Source: Eledone cirrhosa (lineage: Eukaryota). Taken from it: 64,000 nucleotides of DNA. The notes beneath the pieces are model-generated. The model had not been told where the DNA came from, made no database searches, and was given only the letters and a program-made list of their open reading frames with translations. A program made the translations under genes and the position numbers. Shown here piece by piece: positions 27,336-52,600 of this stretch (its first letter is position 1; every line of letters begins with the position of its first letter). The stretch covers positions 11,966,001 to 12,030,000 of the forward strand of contig OZ024760.1 of assembly GCA_964016885.1 (NCBI GenBank). The letters are read 5' to 3'.

Positions 27336-27645
27336 TATTTTAGAAAGATATACAAAACTGGGATCGAGGATAACGAAACGAAACCAAATATTAAATGTTT
27401 TATATAAAATGTGTGAAAAGAAAGGGTTAAAATTGGGAAAGGAATTTTTTTTCTCTAAACTATTATATTTCGAAGAATTTTTTCTGCCATAAATTAATTA
27501 CTACTCTATTATTTAAAGACTTATTTAAACAAAATAAAATTGAAATTATGGATATATAAATACACATCGTCTAAACAAAATATTTTAATCATTAATGTAT
27601 GCTAACACGAAATAATTGCTATTGCTTCCATTCATTGGATGAGGG

Positions 27646-27930
27646 CAAGGCTGGATTTAGACCTTGAGGAGCTCAGGGCACTTCAGGTTCGTGGGGCCCC
27701 TCATACACAGCAAACCTCCCAATTTCACGTATCAAAGTTAGCCTAGTGCAAGTAATTGGAATTGAAAAGTTATACATCCAAGTATTAAATTAAAATTTGT
27801 CAACAATCCTAAAAAGCCCAGCTGAGGACACAAATAAATTGCTACGGCCGTCGCTAGTGGAGGGACCCGACTGCAGGGGCCCACAGCAATTGTCCCCTTT
27901 ATTCTACCCTACCCATTAAATCAGGCCCTG
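27646..27930. mobile_element. hAT-like MITE upstream of POLE4
   Basis: TIRs CAAGGCTGGATTTA / TAAATCAGGCCCTG; 8-bp TSD GATGAGGG / GATGAGTG (7/8 match). Confidence 0.7.
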
Positions 27931-29813
27931 GATGAGTGATTTTTTTCTTCTAAGGCAAGCCCATCGCTAGGCGAGGAGAGATCTGGGTCTCATCCCCCTT
28001 GCCCCTATTTTTCAATGGTGCACCTTCAGACTTTAAAAATGTCCTGAAATACGTTCCTTGTAAAAGAGTGTCCGGAATGAACGTTGTGAAGCCCCTACAA
28101 ACACCAAAACCTGGCACGGAGGGAGTGTCTTAGGGTGGTGGGTGATACGTTTATTTTCATTGTTTTATCACTCACCTTAACCCTTTGATGTTCAAACTGG
28201 CCAGAATTTTCTACCTCTTTCTGTTGAAACTGACTGTAACTGGTCACTCATACTGATGTTAAGGTATTGTTCTCAAAATAAATACTTTCAAAATCTCATA
28301 GATTCGATATTATGTGAGATAATTATGCAAGGTAAAACCTTTACCATGAAAATATAATAGTATATATAAAATAATTGTTTTTACTTTAGGCACAAGGCCA
28401 GCAATTACCCAGTGCATTACTGGTACTTTATTTTATCGACCCCGTAAGGATGAAAGGCAAAGTCAACCTCGGCGGGATTTGAACTCAGATCGTAAAGGGA
28501 CGTAACTATGCTGGAAAGCATGGCGCCCGACCCTCTAACGATACTGCCAATCCACTAAAATAATGTGAATGCTAAAGGGTTAAATAACATTAAAGAAACT
28601 TGTGGTTGCTCAACTTGCTAGAAACCGCAGCCAGATCTTAAATGACATTATACCATCTAAAGAAATCAGAAGAAAGACATCATCCTCATTTCTACGTCTG
28701 CTTTTCCATGGTAACCTGTGTTGGGCTGGTCCTTCTCAGCACAGCATCTCTCCACTAGTCACATTCCTTCGTCATCTCCTCTGCCAGTCTACATATTCAA
28801 CAATAAAACCCTGGAATCTACCCCAACCTCAGACATCAACTTATTGATGTTGAAACTGAAGATCAACAGTGTGTATCTCATCAGTATTGGAGGGCAGGAG
28901 TGTTTCAGCCCTTTACTTCTTACACTCTAAGGGGGCCAGGTCACATCCAAGTCATGACTCCTGGATGCCCTTCTCCTGATATTTAGCCATTCAGAGACTT
29001 GCTGTGTATTTAAACCATATGGAGATTCTGTTTACAGGATCTAACTGGAACTCCTTTCCATTGCTTCTGTGTTCAAATTTGTATTTAACTCTTTAGCATT
29101 TAAACCAGCCAGAATTCTCTCACTTCTTTACCAGCAATAACTGGTTACTTGTACTTATGTTAAGGTATTGTTCTCAAAATCTCGTAGATTCAATATTATG
29201 TGGGATAACTATGTGAGATAAAAGTGTTTACTGTGAAAATACAATTTTTCTTTCAAATGCTTTCTTGAATTGGAAAATAATGCTGAAAGTCATGATAACA
29301 GTCACTAACTCAACAAACCATGACTACTACTACACTAGAACCTTCTCGGGATTGGAAAAAATTTCACCACTGCTCTTACTAAACATTATACCTGTGCATC
29401 TGCCATATGCAACGTCTACCTTTTCTGATAGCCTACCTGAAATCCTCTTGTGTATCCATATTTTACATTGTATACACAAAACATATCAAACCGAGAGTCC
29501 CTTGAGGGCCACAAATGACAACTAATTGCGCACATAGCAACAAATTTTTAACTTTATATTACGAAGATAAAACATGTTCGCACTGTAAAAACCTTTGTGC
29601 TGGTTGCAGGTGTATTTTTAAAGGGCTCATGTTTGACTTGCCTGGTGTACACTGTATACAGTTCCTATCTACTCCAGTTCTTGTTGCTGTGATGTGATGT
29701 GTTGTGTTTATTTTTACTGTAATTTATAGACTATGATTCAATCTAACCATTAAATGTGAAAATGTTACAAATTCTTCTGACAAATCATACCTCTGTAGGT
29801 TTAGCAGGGATAT

Positions 29814-30316
29814 GTGTACCTATTCTAAACTAGATACACGAGGATACAGTGTACCTATTCTAAACTAGATACACGAGAATACAGTGTACCTATTCTAAAC
29901 TAGATACACGACGATACAGTGTACCTATTCTAAACTAGATACACGACGATACAGTGTACCTATTCTAAACTAGATACACGATACAGTGTACCTATTCTAA
30001 ACTAGATACACGATACAGTGTACCTATTCTAAACTAGATACACGATATAGTGTACCTATTCTAAACTAGATACACGATACAGTGTACCTATTCTAAACTA
30101 GATACACGAGGATACAGTGTACCTATTCTAAACTAGATACACGATACAGTGTACCTATTCTAAACTAGATACACGATACAGTGTACCTATTCTAAACTAG
30201 ATACACAAGGATACAGTGTACCTATTCTAAACTAGATACAGTGTACCTATTCTAAACTAGATACAGTGTACCTATTCTAAACTAGATACAGTGTACCTAT
30301 TCTAAACTAGATACAC
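29814..30316. repeat. 25-35-bp minisatellite (~15 copies) just beyond the METAP2 poly(A) signal
   Basis: GTGTACCTATTCTAAACTAGATACAC(GAG)GATACA units. Confidence 0.92.
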
Positions 30317-30357
30317 ACTTGTGGAAAAAAACAAAAAACAAAAAAACAACAAATGGT

Positions 30358-30368
30358 TTTATTTTATT
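30358..30368 (-). promoter_or_regulatory. Candidate METAP2 polyadenylation signals (tandem AATAAA)
   Basis: TTTATTTTATT on plus, ~510 nt past the stop, followed on minus by a U-rich tract. Confidence 0.5.
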
Positions 30369-30872
30369 ATATTTTAATTATTTTTGGTAAATTCATAATT
30401 GAAATTCAGGTTGAATGATTGACAGAGCTGACTAGTATCATACCATGTTAACAGCATTGAAAGAGAGGTACTATACCATTCTGTCAATATTAATAGAATG
30501 GTTCTATACCATCTCTCACAGTAGAGAAAGAGAGGTGCTATACCAACTCTTCCACTAGTGAGAAAAGTACCATACCATTCTACCAGCATTGATAGATGTA
30601 CTATACCATAACACCACCAGTACTGATAAGAGAGGTGCCATACCAATGCTAACAATACCGAGAGAGTGGTACTACACCACTGTACCAGTTTTGATAGAAA
30701 AGGTACCACACCATCCTACAAGAACTGAGGGATAGAGAGAGAGAGAGAGGTTCCATACCATTCTACTAGTATTGAAAGAGAGGTATCATACCATAACACT
30801 AACAGTACTGAGGGAAAGAGACAGAGGTACCATACAAACTCCAACCAAACCAGAAACCAGAAATATCAATCT

Positions 30873-41123
<10,251 letters not shown>

Positions 41124-43085
41124 TTTGTTTTACTCTCGACCACAATCAACAATTTCCGACGATCATTTTCTTTTTTCAAATACGAGATTAATATTTAAAA
41201 AAATTATAAATATTATTTTATTTTACTAAATTTATATCATTCAAAAAATAATAATTTGTTTTATGATACCAAAGTAATAAATTAGTTGATTGAAAATAAT
41301 TCTAGCTGGACAGAAATTCGAGAGTATAGATGCCTTAAAATACGTATAGGGACGCAAGTATGATTGAATGGCTTTAAAAAGTTCGTTTCGTTATTAAAAC
41401 GTATCGTGTTCGATTCCACTGCGCGACATCTTGAGCAAGTATTTTTTTAACCATAGACTCGAGTTGACGAAATCTATCGAAATTCTAAAGTCACTCTTAT
41501 TTTAAAATAAATAAATGATAATCTCTCTCTCTCCATATAACGGTCATTCTTCCATGCTAGCATGGGTTAGACGAGTTGCCCTGTTGTGAGAAATGCCAGG
41601 TCAGGTAACCATGTCTTCCTCAAACATAACTGATTTGGGCTTGATTTCTACGACTGGATGCCCTTCCTAATACCAACCACATTTACTGTGTGAGCTGGGT
41701 GCTTTTTGCCGTGACACCTACAAGACCATTTTACAGTGTGGGCTGGGTGATTTTTGCCGTGACACCTACACGACCACTTTACAATGTATGGGTGGTGGTA
41801 GGAGGTGTATGGAAGGAGGGAATAGTGTTTCAAGGGTACCTACTAGATGATAAAGATGATGATGATCATCATCACCATTTTGTGTCTGTCTCCCATGCTG
41901 GCATGGATTGGCCAGGATGTCACTGTCAGAGACTAGACAGGTTAGATGACCATACTTTGTTCACATGTTCCATTTTGGCATGGTTTCTATGGTTGTATGC
42001 CCTTCCTAACATAAACCGCTTTACATAGTGTACCAGCTGCACGTTATAATGATACCAACAGTACCACTTTATAGAGTGTATTTGGTGCATTTTATCATAA
42101 CATTAGCACTACCCCTTTACAGAGTATACTGCCAGCATTTCATGTGAGAGAATCGTATTTCTCCTATTGTATTTATGGTAGAGCAGACAATAGTAAAACC
42201 AAAATGGCCGCCAATCAGATCCTTTTTGTTGGTTTCTATGAATATTCTGCTTCGTTATACAACATTTCTCAATTGTTTGTTAACTATATATAAGGGAATC
42301 ATAAATATTCCATGTACATCGCTAATAAATATGGCATTCCATCTATGGCCATGCCATACTTTATAATAATCTGGCTCCCACTCTCCATCTCTCTGGCCCT
42401 CCTCATCTCTCTGTATTATGAACAGATGGGGTCCCAGGTGTTGGCCGCTCCACAGCCCCGGCGGACAGCATGCAGAATGCGTTTCCCCGGAGGATAGTAA
42501 CGCACTCTATTGAGTAACATTACTCCAAAGATCCTTCGGAGCGGGGGAGATGGAGCAATGGATGACACCTTCCAAAAACATAGGCAATCTTGCATAAAAA
42601 CATTATGCCCCTCAAAACCAGTTCACTAATGTCTCATACACTGTTCACTGTCTTGTACATTATTCTATATACTATATATGCACCTTTGATGAGTTGTAGT
42701 GCACCTGAGCATTGTACACAATCATTTTCATTAACTCCGAGTTCTTGATTATTTTCAAAATTATTGTGAGCAATTTGTAATGTTATTCATATATATATTT
42801 AAAACTTGTAAACTATTTGTAATGTTATTTATACACCTGTAAATAAAAAAATATAACCTTTAAAACAAAATTTGAAAAAAAAACGTTGGCGGTATTTTCC
42901 ATTACAAATATGGAAACAAAAGGGTTAAAAATTACTTTGGTTTTAGCTAGTATTATAACAGATTGGAATTTTAACCTGCAGTAGGGAGAAATACAGTAAC
43001 GAAACTGTAAAATATAATATAATAACTTATTAGTAACTTTATTAAACATAACAAACCATGTAGGGTTAGAGATTATCAAAATCAC

Positions 43086-43095
43086 CCGCCATTTT
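43086..43095. promoter_or_regulatory. YY1-like motif CCGCCATTTT near a possible POT1 non-coding first exon (donor AAG|GTATTT after 43163)
   Basis: Motif seen directly; a second AAAATGGCCGCC at ~42201; assignment to a TSS is inference. Confidence 0.3.
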
Positions 43096-43714
43096 TTAAG
43101 TATTATGATTTTCAACAAGGTGTGTTGTTTTCTTCCAAGACGACATTAGATATTTACATTAAGGTATTTATATATATACTTATAGTAAATATATAATATT
43201 ATTTAACTGTTTTTCTACATATTTATTAACCTCTAGAGTGAGAAAGGACCATATATTCAACAGTATACACAATATATTGGTTTAAACGGACATTTTGATG
43301 TCGGTTCTTTTAAACAGCTTACTGCGTTAGAACTAAATGTTTTGGTTACAAATACAAATACTTAAAACCTTCATATATATATATATACGAAGGTTTTAAC
43401 CGTATTTGTATATATAATATATATATATTTTTACAAATACTGTTAAAACCTTCGAAGGTTTTAACAGTATTTGTATATATATATATAACCGGTATTTTAA
43501 TGAAATTTAAGGACCTTTAATTACTATGTTATGATAATTTGGTGTCCTTCATTTTAAGTCGAAAACGATCTCTGATCGAATAATTTCATTTCATATTCAT
43601 TTAAAATTATATATATATATGTTTGGTGATTAAATACTGATTTAAGCTGTTGTATAAATAACATTGGGAGAGATGGGGTGACTGGGAGTTTGGTTCCATT
43701 GTGTTCGGGCCTGA

Positions 43715-43780
<66 letters not shown>

Positions 43781-43921
43781 CTACACCACATACATATCTT
43801 AAGTATGGTCATTTGGTACCAGGTAAGGGTACCAAATGACCATACTTAAGATATATACCAAGGTAGAGATGATCCTCTTTCTGAGTATCGAACGTCACAT
43901 GGTGTCGATACCTCGCAGATA

Positions 43922-43962
<41 letters not shown>

Positions 43963-44161
43963 TCGTTCGTCTCGCATTATAAATTGCTAACAATTCTTTC
44001 AGAATAACATTACAAATATAATGTCGTTGATTTAAACATTTTCTTTTTCTATTAACTCCTTCTAAATTTACTTGTACAAAATTCCTGCAAATATGTGAAA
44101 AAACAAAACAGAGTGATGTGTCAGACATATGATGATTCCTTTTCATTTACTAATAAATAAT

Positions 44162-44208
<47 letters not shown>

Positions 44209-44699
44209 GTTTCTACTTTAGGCACAAGGCCAGCAAATCACCGAGTGTATTACCGGTACTATATTTTATCGACATAATGTATATATATATATATATGAGC
44301 ACTCTCTATATCCACGTGTCCTACACAATTTTGTGTCATCAACGTCAGTCGGTATGGTGAATTAACTGTTGTGTAACCACATATCTATATATATATATAT
44401 AAATGAAAGGTATATATATATATGTGTATATATATATATATAAATGAAAGGTATATATATATGTGTGTGTATATATATATAGAGAGAGATAGATATGCAT
44501 ATGTATATACATGGTGCCCCCCCCCCCCAAAAAAAAATATATACACACTTTGATTACCTGTACAGGCAATATTTATTAGAATGCTGTTAAAGTGTGTATA
44601 CATTTTGTGGGGACACCATGTGTGTAGATATATATATATCATCATCATCATCATCATCGAAAAGAATAGTTAGAAATGCATATATATATATATATAATG

Positions 44700-44734
<35 letters not shown>

Positions 44735-46568
44735 TATTGAGAGAGAGAGATTATTTAATAAAATAATGAGCTTTCCCGGCGATAAATCATTCCGAATTTA
44801 TAGATAAATTATATACAATATATATTGATTATGTACCGTGAACGGTGATTGCTATCTACAAAACCTTCGAAAGAAAAGTTTCTATAATCGATATTTTAAT
44901 GACAATATTTACTTTGTTGTAATAAAAGTAATCTAAATAGATTTCCTTAACTCGTTTGTAACTCGGTATAAAAATATAACATGTTATTTAAATATCTTAA
45001 TATTGTTTCTGGTGTTGTTGAAAAGTCCTAAGAAGTTGGGGAAAATTAATTTATGAGATACATCCACAAATTTGTTAAGAATATTAGCAATACAACTAAT
45101 ATAAACAAAACATTGGCAGTGATAATTGTTTCTACTTTAGAAACTGAACTAAAATAGACGGAAAGAGTCAAAGATCTGATATTTATACTACAAACTCTGC
45201 TCTTTATCTGAATGTAAAGCCGAGGAAACCCCACATAGATAAAATAAGTCTTTTAGTTTTTTAATGACTGTCTCCGAGGACATAAATAATTGTTTGTACT
45301 ATAGGAACAAAGTCGATTAAATTGACTCCAGTGCGTGACTGGTATTGTATTTTATCGACTTCGTAAGGATGACAGGCAAAGCTGACATAAAAATGGTCTC
45401 TGATTTAAGCACAAGGCCAGCAATCCCCAATTGAGACCAGCGAAGCCCATGGATGTTATTCAACGATCTAGCTCTTGAGATATACTCATGGGTCTCCTGC
45501 CAGTTGGTTTTGGCTGTAAAATCTGTCCAGCGATTCTTTCCTGAGACATTCTAACCACATGTCCACAGTATCAGAGCTATGATCTCTCAATTCTGAGAAG
45601 TAACAGCTCTACATGGAGTGACTCTCTGATCTCTGAGCTACAAATCTGTCGTCATTCTTTCCTGAGACATTCTAACCACATGTCCACAGTATCAGAGCTG
45701 TAATCTCTCAATTCTGAGAAGTAGCAGCTCTACCTGGAGTGACTCTCTGCTCTCTGAGCTACAAATCTATCCAGTGATTCTTTCCCGAGACATTCTAACC
45801 ACATGTCCATAATATCAAAACTGTGATATTGATTTGGAGAAGTACCAATAAAACATCATTTATTATAATTTTCTGTGAGAACTTTTGTTATTTTCAAAAT
45901 ACTGACTTCATTATGAGAAACATTTTTTACTAATTCTTGTTTTCTTTATTACCTGAAAATCATAAATTGTCTTTCATTAGAAACATGGTAATGAAAGGGG
46001 TAAAGTATTTATATTTATCTAGCAACCTTCCATCATAATTTTATGCAAGAACCTTTGTTATGTTCCAGCTTCATAAAAAGAAAATTAGTTGTTTACTAAA
46101 TCCCTCCAAATTCTTGAATTTTTCATTAGGAATATAGAATTAAAAGGGCTAAAGTGTTTATATTTATCACAAAAGACTTAACCCTTTAGCATTTATATTA
46201 CTCTATATATACTATTATATTTTCATGGTAAAGGATTTACTTCACATAATATCAAATCTATTAGATTTTGATATTATTTATTTTGAGAACAATACCTTAA
46301 CATCAGTATGAGCAGCTGGTTTGAACAGAAAGAGGTGAGAGAATTCTGGCTGGATATGGCCAGTTTAAATGCTAAAGTGTTAAACTTAATATATCCTTAT
46401 TTGTATGACTGTTAACTAAATCTTTACTAATGATATGTACCAAAACTAAATGTTGAATTTTTAATCTTGACAGTTTCTATAAAGAGGAACTCTCTGGAAG
46501 CTGAATATTCCTTAACCAAATCAAGTTTTGTTAAACGAGAGGAACACTAATTTGAAATATACCAGTTT

Positions 46569-46601
46569 ATGTTGAAGCAAGACAATTTTGATTTAAAAAT
46601 G
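46569..46601 (+). CDS. POT1: POT1 first coding exon part (MLKQDNFDLKM; start may instead be the ATG at 46599)
   Basis: In-frame TAA at 46548 upstream; AAAATG|GTAAGT phase-0 donor fits the next exon; acceptor TTGACAG ends at 46473. Confidence 0.6.
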
Positions 46602-49600
46602 GTAAGTATATTTTTTTTAAATTCTTCCTAGGGATGCAGATGTATCCCCTTTAAGGAAGGAGCCCTAAGAGGTGGAATGGCTGGTATGGTGGATGTGCTG
46701 GTTGTTTTCTGTGGTAATGTTTTCACCGGCATGAGATGTCTCAGTCAGCTAAGGAAAAAGTTTTCCTCCTCCTCCTCCTATTTCTTTTTCTTTGCCCACT
46801 TTTTTTCCTGAGAGGGTCGTGAAGGCAGCCCTCTTCCTCAAACACTCCTTCCAGCTGATCCTGTCAGAAGCAACCAACTCCAACTGATCCGACTGGATCT
46901 CCAAGCAAGACCAGCCGAGTTCATGGATGTTATCCAACCATCTTGCGCTCAGGGTTTACTACTGGGTCTCCTGCCAGTTGCTTTTTACCCGTAAAGTCTG
47001 TCCAGCGATTCTTTCCTGAGACATTCTAACCACATGTCCATAGTATCAAGAGCTGTGATCTCTCAATTCGAGGAAGTAGCAGCTCTACCTGGAGTGACTC
47101 CCTGATCTCAGAGCTACACATCTTATCAAGTAACGTTACTCCAAAGACTCTTTGGAGAATCTTCCTTTCGGAAGCTTGTTTTCGTGACTGTATTCTTTTG
47201 GTCATTACCCAAGATTCACGACCATAGGTAAGGCTTGGCACAAATAAAAAGTATTTCATTAGAAATATTTATAGAACTACAAATGATGGTGTCTGTGAAG
47301 GGGAAGTAAATCTTAAAACGAAATGGAGACGGCCTGCATGGATTATTTCCCTTTGATCGTTGGTGAACTCTGTAGAAGTTAAGATCGAACGACACCAAGT
47401 CGGTCGTTCGACATAACAAAAATTTAAAAAATCAGACATATTTCTCATCTCGTTTATGATACTATAATAAAACATTGCCAATGAAAAACAACGAAGAACG
47501 AGTAAAATATAAACGTAAATATTCTCTATTTCCCTGGCAGACGATAGTTATGTGTGTGTGTGTAGGTATATGCGTTTGTATGTATGGGCTTGCTTTGCAA
47601 TGTGTGTGTGTGTGTGTGTAGGCATAAGTGTTTGTATGTATGTGAATGCTTTACCATGTGTGTGTATGTGTGGATATTTGTTTGTATATATATATATATA
47701 TATATGAACGTTTTACCATGTGTTTGTATATATGTGAAATGAAGTGTTTTGCTCAAGAACACAACACACGACCCAGTCCAGGACTCGAACCCACAACATT
47801 ATGATAGTAAGTTCAACACCCTTACCACTGAACCATGTTCCTCTGCTAGCAGAACAGGGAAGGCAGACATTGAATGTTAGTGACAATGCCCTTCCTAGAA
47901 TCAATATTCTTGGTTTCCCCTTACATCATCCAGAGATATATAATGTGTTTGATATTAAAACATTTCTTCTAGTATATTATAAATATTGCAGATTTCCATG
48001 TTGAAAATTTTCCCCTTTTTCTTTCATTTTTTTTTGTAGAGAAAAAGAATCCCAGACAACTGCTTGCGATATCCACCTTTGATTACTTTAAAACCTGACA
48101 GTATTGTTGATGTTTATGGGATTGTGAAGTTTTACAAGCTAGCAATAAAAACCAGGGGCACTGGTAAGTTGATGGTAATATTTTTCTTGTTGTTAACCCT
48201 TTCCCTACCAAACCTATGAGAAAAATAGAAAAGTTATATATTTAATTAGAAAGTGAACAACACAAAATATAACTACTCCATTACCAAAGGTTTCTGGATC
48301 CCAGACAACAATAATATACGTCTGGATTGGTCGTCAGATATGTTATGGATAAAAAAAATATGAAATGAGATTTAAAATCTGTTAAAAATTGGAAAGGAGG
48401 CTGATTCTATACATGGAGCACTCTTTTTTCCTTCGGAATTACCTAACATATATAATATATAAATGAAGTAATTCCGTCGGAAATGTCCAGGAAAAAAGAG
48501 TGCTCTATGTAGGTAACAGAGCTTAATAGTTATGTAATAAACAACATAAGGCAATTATTCCATTTACCAGTGGTTTCTTAAAAGAAACCACTGGTAAATG
48601 GAATAATTGCCTTATGTTGTTTATTACATAACTAAATATATAATATATATATATATTTAATATTGAAATGGCTTCTACAGGACTAGAACTGTTTCATTCG
48701 AGAGAAATCATCAGGAAGCCTTGAGGATTTCTCCCAAATGAAACAGTTCTAGTCCTGTAGAAGCCATTTCTATATCAAATATTTATACTCTGCTACATAT
48801 TGAGTACCTTACTTACTGTGGTTACCCCCGATTGAACCTGGGATTAACATATATGTGTGTGTGTGTGATGTCTACTCATTAGAGCTTAAATCCCGCTGAG
48901 GTTAACTTTGTCTTTCATCCTTACAAGGTTGATAAAATAAAGTACCAGTAATTTACTGGGGTCGATTTAGTCAACTTTCCCTTCCCCTTCGAATTGCTGG
49001 CCTTGTACCAAATGTAGAAACAATTATTATTATTAATCGGTGGATTGACAGTATCGTTAGGGTGTCTGACACCATGCTTTGCAGCATAGAGTCACATCCC
49101 TTTACCTTCTGAGTTCAAATCCCGCCAAGATTAGCTTTGCTTTCATCCTTACGGAATTGATAAAATAAAAGTACCAGTAATACACTGCGGTCGATTTAAT
49201 TGACTTTCCCCTTCCTCTAAATTATTGTTCCGATTCTATTCCAGATTATCTGAAGATTGTGACAATTGTTGATCGATCTCTGATTGATATTGAAAGAAAG
49301 TTAAAATGTTTAATATTCGCCCGTGACGAGGACAATTTGCCCAAGGTCCAAATTGGTAGTGTGATAAGATTCCATAGATTACGGGTAAATATTACATTTT
49401 TTTCTCTTTCATAGAACTTTTTTTTTATGCTTTATGAGTGAAATTTAGTAGACAGAAACTGTGTGGAAGTCTGTTGTGAGTGTGTGTGTGTGTGTGGATT
49501 GAGTATGCAAGCGAAAAGTGAAAAAAAAAAAAAAGAACAGCCTACCAGATATTTATACGTGGTTAAGGGAGTTATATATATACTGCTGTGAAATGCCAAG

Positions 49601-52600
49601 AAATCCCAGTAGAGGAAGACCACGAAAAACATGGGCGGAGGTGGTGAGAGCTGAACTCAGATCGCTGAAGCTCATGGCGGAGATGACAAAGGACCGTGAC
49701 AAATGGAGAGATGCTGTGCTGAATAGGACCCATCCTACCCTTGCAAGCAGGGAAAAGCGGACGTAAAATGATGATGATAATGTAAATACTAAAGGATTAA
49801 CATGTTATCAAAATTAATCTTTATTTTCTCCAGGTAAATCTACATAATGATGAGTTACAGGGAGTTAGCGGCCATGGATTCTCCTGGTTGGTTGTTGATG
49901 GCCAAATTGATGGTTGTATGGTTCCAAAAACTTCCTCTGTTAATTTTACATTTACAGATGCTGACAGAAGAAAGGTGAGTTTATCATGATTGTATTTTAC
50001 CTGCATTGGATTTTTTTTTTAAGTTGTAACTTTGGTGAAAAAAACAGGTGAAAACATAGTTTTTTCACCTGTGTAGATGGGCTGATTAACCTCATTTGTA
50101 ATTTGTATATGGAGCTGTGTAAGTTAGCTCAACTTGAAGGTAGAATTAAAATTTTAGCTCCGACATAGCTGTATACATACAAGTGAATTTCATATATCTA
50201 ATGATATATGGCATGTTTAATAAATAAATATTTGGAAAGCCCTCCAGCTACGAATATTAAAAGCTGACATCTAGCGCCGTCTACTGGATTCCAGCAGAAG
50301 CAATGGGGGACAACTGTCAATGTATATTTCAGGCTCTGGCCATCAACAGGACAGTGCTTCCCTTGCTCTCTGCTGGAACTTGAAACAGGCAAAAACATAG
50401 TTTTTTCACCTGTGTAGTTGAGCTGATTAACCTCATTTGTATATGGGGCTGTGTAAGTTGGCTCAACTTGAAAGTAGAATTAAAATTTTAGCTCCGACAT
50501 AGCTGTATCAAATGTCTTTCATTAGAAATGGAGTAATGAAGGCATTAATTAAGATAGTGCAAAAGAACATAGTTAAAGGTGTGCTTCCAACTAAGATACT
50601 GAATGTTTCTGTTCTGTAGATTGCAGAAATGCTTTGGATTGTAGCACAAAATGAAGAATTTCGGTGCGTTGATATGGTAAAATCACTGAACCAAATCCAC
50701 GAAGGAATATATTTTGATTTTATTTGCCAGGTAAGTTGGCTTCTTCATATTGGGGTATTTTTTTTAATGGAATTTACAACGAATCTTCCATGAAAGATGA
50801 TGTCATCATCATCACCACTGCCATCATAATCATCATCATCATCATCATCACTGTTTAAGGTCCATTTTCCACCTTAGCATTGGTTTGACAATCACTCAGA
50901 CTCAGGAGCTCCCGTGTCTTGCGTCGCATGAGGCAATCATAGTGTTCCATCGCGTTCGGTCAGCAGCCAGTTGAACAGTGTCCCGCCATTGTCTGTTTGT
51001 CGCTCGCAGGTCCCTCTCAACTGTCTGGCCCCAGTTAATTTTGGGTCGCCTTCTCCGTCTGCTTCCCTGCGGGCTCCATTTAAGTACTTGGTTCGCCAGT
51101 CTCTCCGGGGGAAGTCTCAAAGCGTGTCCAAACCAGCCCAGGCGTCGCTTGCAGATGGCAGAAGAGACGAGCTGATGGTTGGTGCGGTTCCTGACTTCCT
51201 GACAATACACTTGTTAAATATGAACTTATTTAACAAGTGTAAATACATTTTTATATTTCACTCTGGTGGCAAATTGGCTGAGTCATTAGAATATTTGTGA
51301 TATCTGTTCCAGCTCTCTGTGTTCTGTATTGAATTCCCACCAAAGTCAACTTTCATTCTTCCGTCATCATCATCGCTGTTTAACGTCCATTTTTCCCTGC
51401 TAGCATGGGTTAGACGAGTTGTCCCTTTGTGATACAAATCAGGTCAGATGACCATGTCTTGCTCACACAGAACTTTTTCTGGCTTGGTTTCTATGGCAGG
51501 ATGCCCTTCCTAATATCAACCACATTTACAGTGTGGGCTGGGTTCTTTCTATCATGGCAACAAGAAGACCACTTTACAGTGTGGACTGGGCACTTTTTGG
51601 CATTTCACCTACACAACCACTTTACAGTGTGGACTGGTCGTTTTTGTTGTGACACCTACATGACCACTTTACAGTGTGGACTGGTCGTTTTTGTCGTGAC
51701 ACCTACATGACCACTTTACAGTGTGGGCTGGGCACTTTTTGTCGTGACACCTACATGACCACTTTACAGTGTGGACTAGGTACTTTTTGTCGTGACACCT
51801 ACACAACCACTTTACAGTGTGGACTGGGCACTTTAACCATTGAAAGAGGCAGTCCAATTTGTGGGGCTTGTTCTTGTTGCTGTCCCAGTTGCATTAAGTA
51901 GGGAGGTGGTTCTGTATTCGGTTAATAATATTTACTTGTCAAACTATTCTATTTGACATTTCTAATGAAATATTAATTGTGATTTTTTAAACATTTTAGG
52001 TTGTGGCTGTAGCTTCTGTTGAAGAAAATATATGTTTCTTAGTTCAAGCCTGGGATGGAACTAAATCTTCTTAGTAAGTAAAACAATTGTTCTTTTATCT
52101 CTTTCATCATCATCATCATCATCATCACCCAAGCGAGACCAGCCAAGCTCATGGATGTTATCCAACCATTTTGCTCGGGGTCTACCTCTAGGTCTCTTGC
52201 CTGTTGGATTTGTCCGGTGATTCTTTCCTGAGACATTCTAAGCTCATGCCCTCCATAGTATTGGAGCAGTGATCTCTCAATTCGAAAAAGTAGCATCTCT
52301 ACCTGGAGTTACTCTCTGATCTCCAAACTGCGCACTCTATTGAGTAACGTTACTCTAAAGACCTTTCGGAGGAACCCCATTTCGGCTGCTAGTATTCAGG
52401 GACATATTCTTCCGGTCATTACCCAATATTCATGACCAGAGGTAAGGGTTGGCACAAATATCGAATTGAAGATGGTGAGTTTTGCTTTTACACCTCCCTC
52501 TCTTCTTCTGATTACAGGTAATGCAGAAAATATATGTTTTATATTTTCAGTGAACAAGGTGTACAAGATATTGTGATATCAAAATATATACGGCTCTTTT

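Noticed and set aside
47770-47840. tRNA gene (also tRNA-like heads at ~58478-58535 and ~41360-41420)
   Set aside because: A/B boxes are present but there is no full cloverleaf, and the sequence runs into a SINE body
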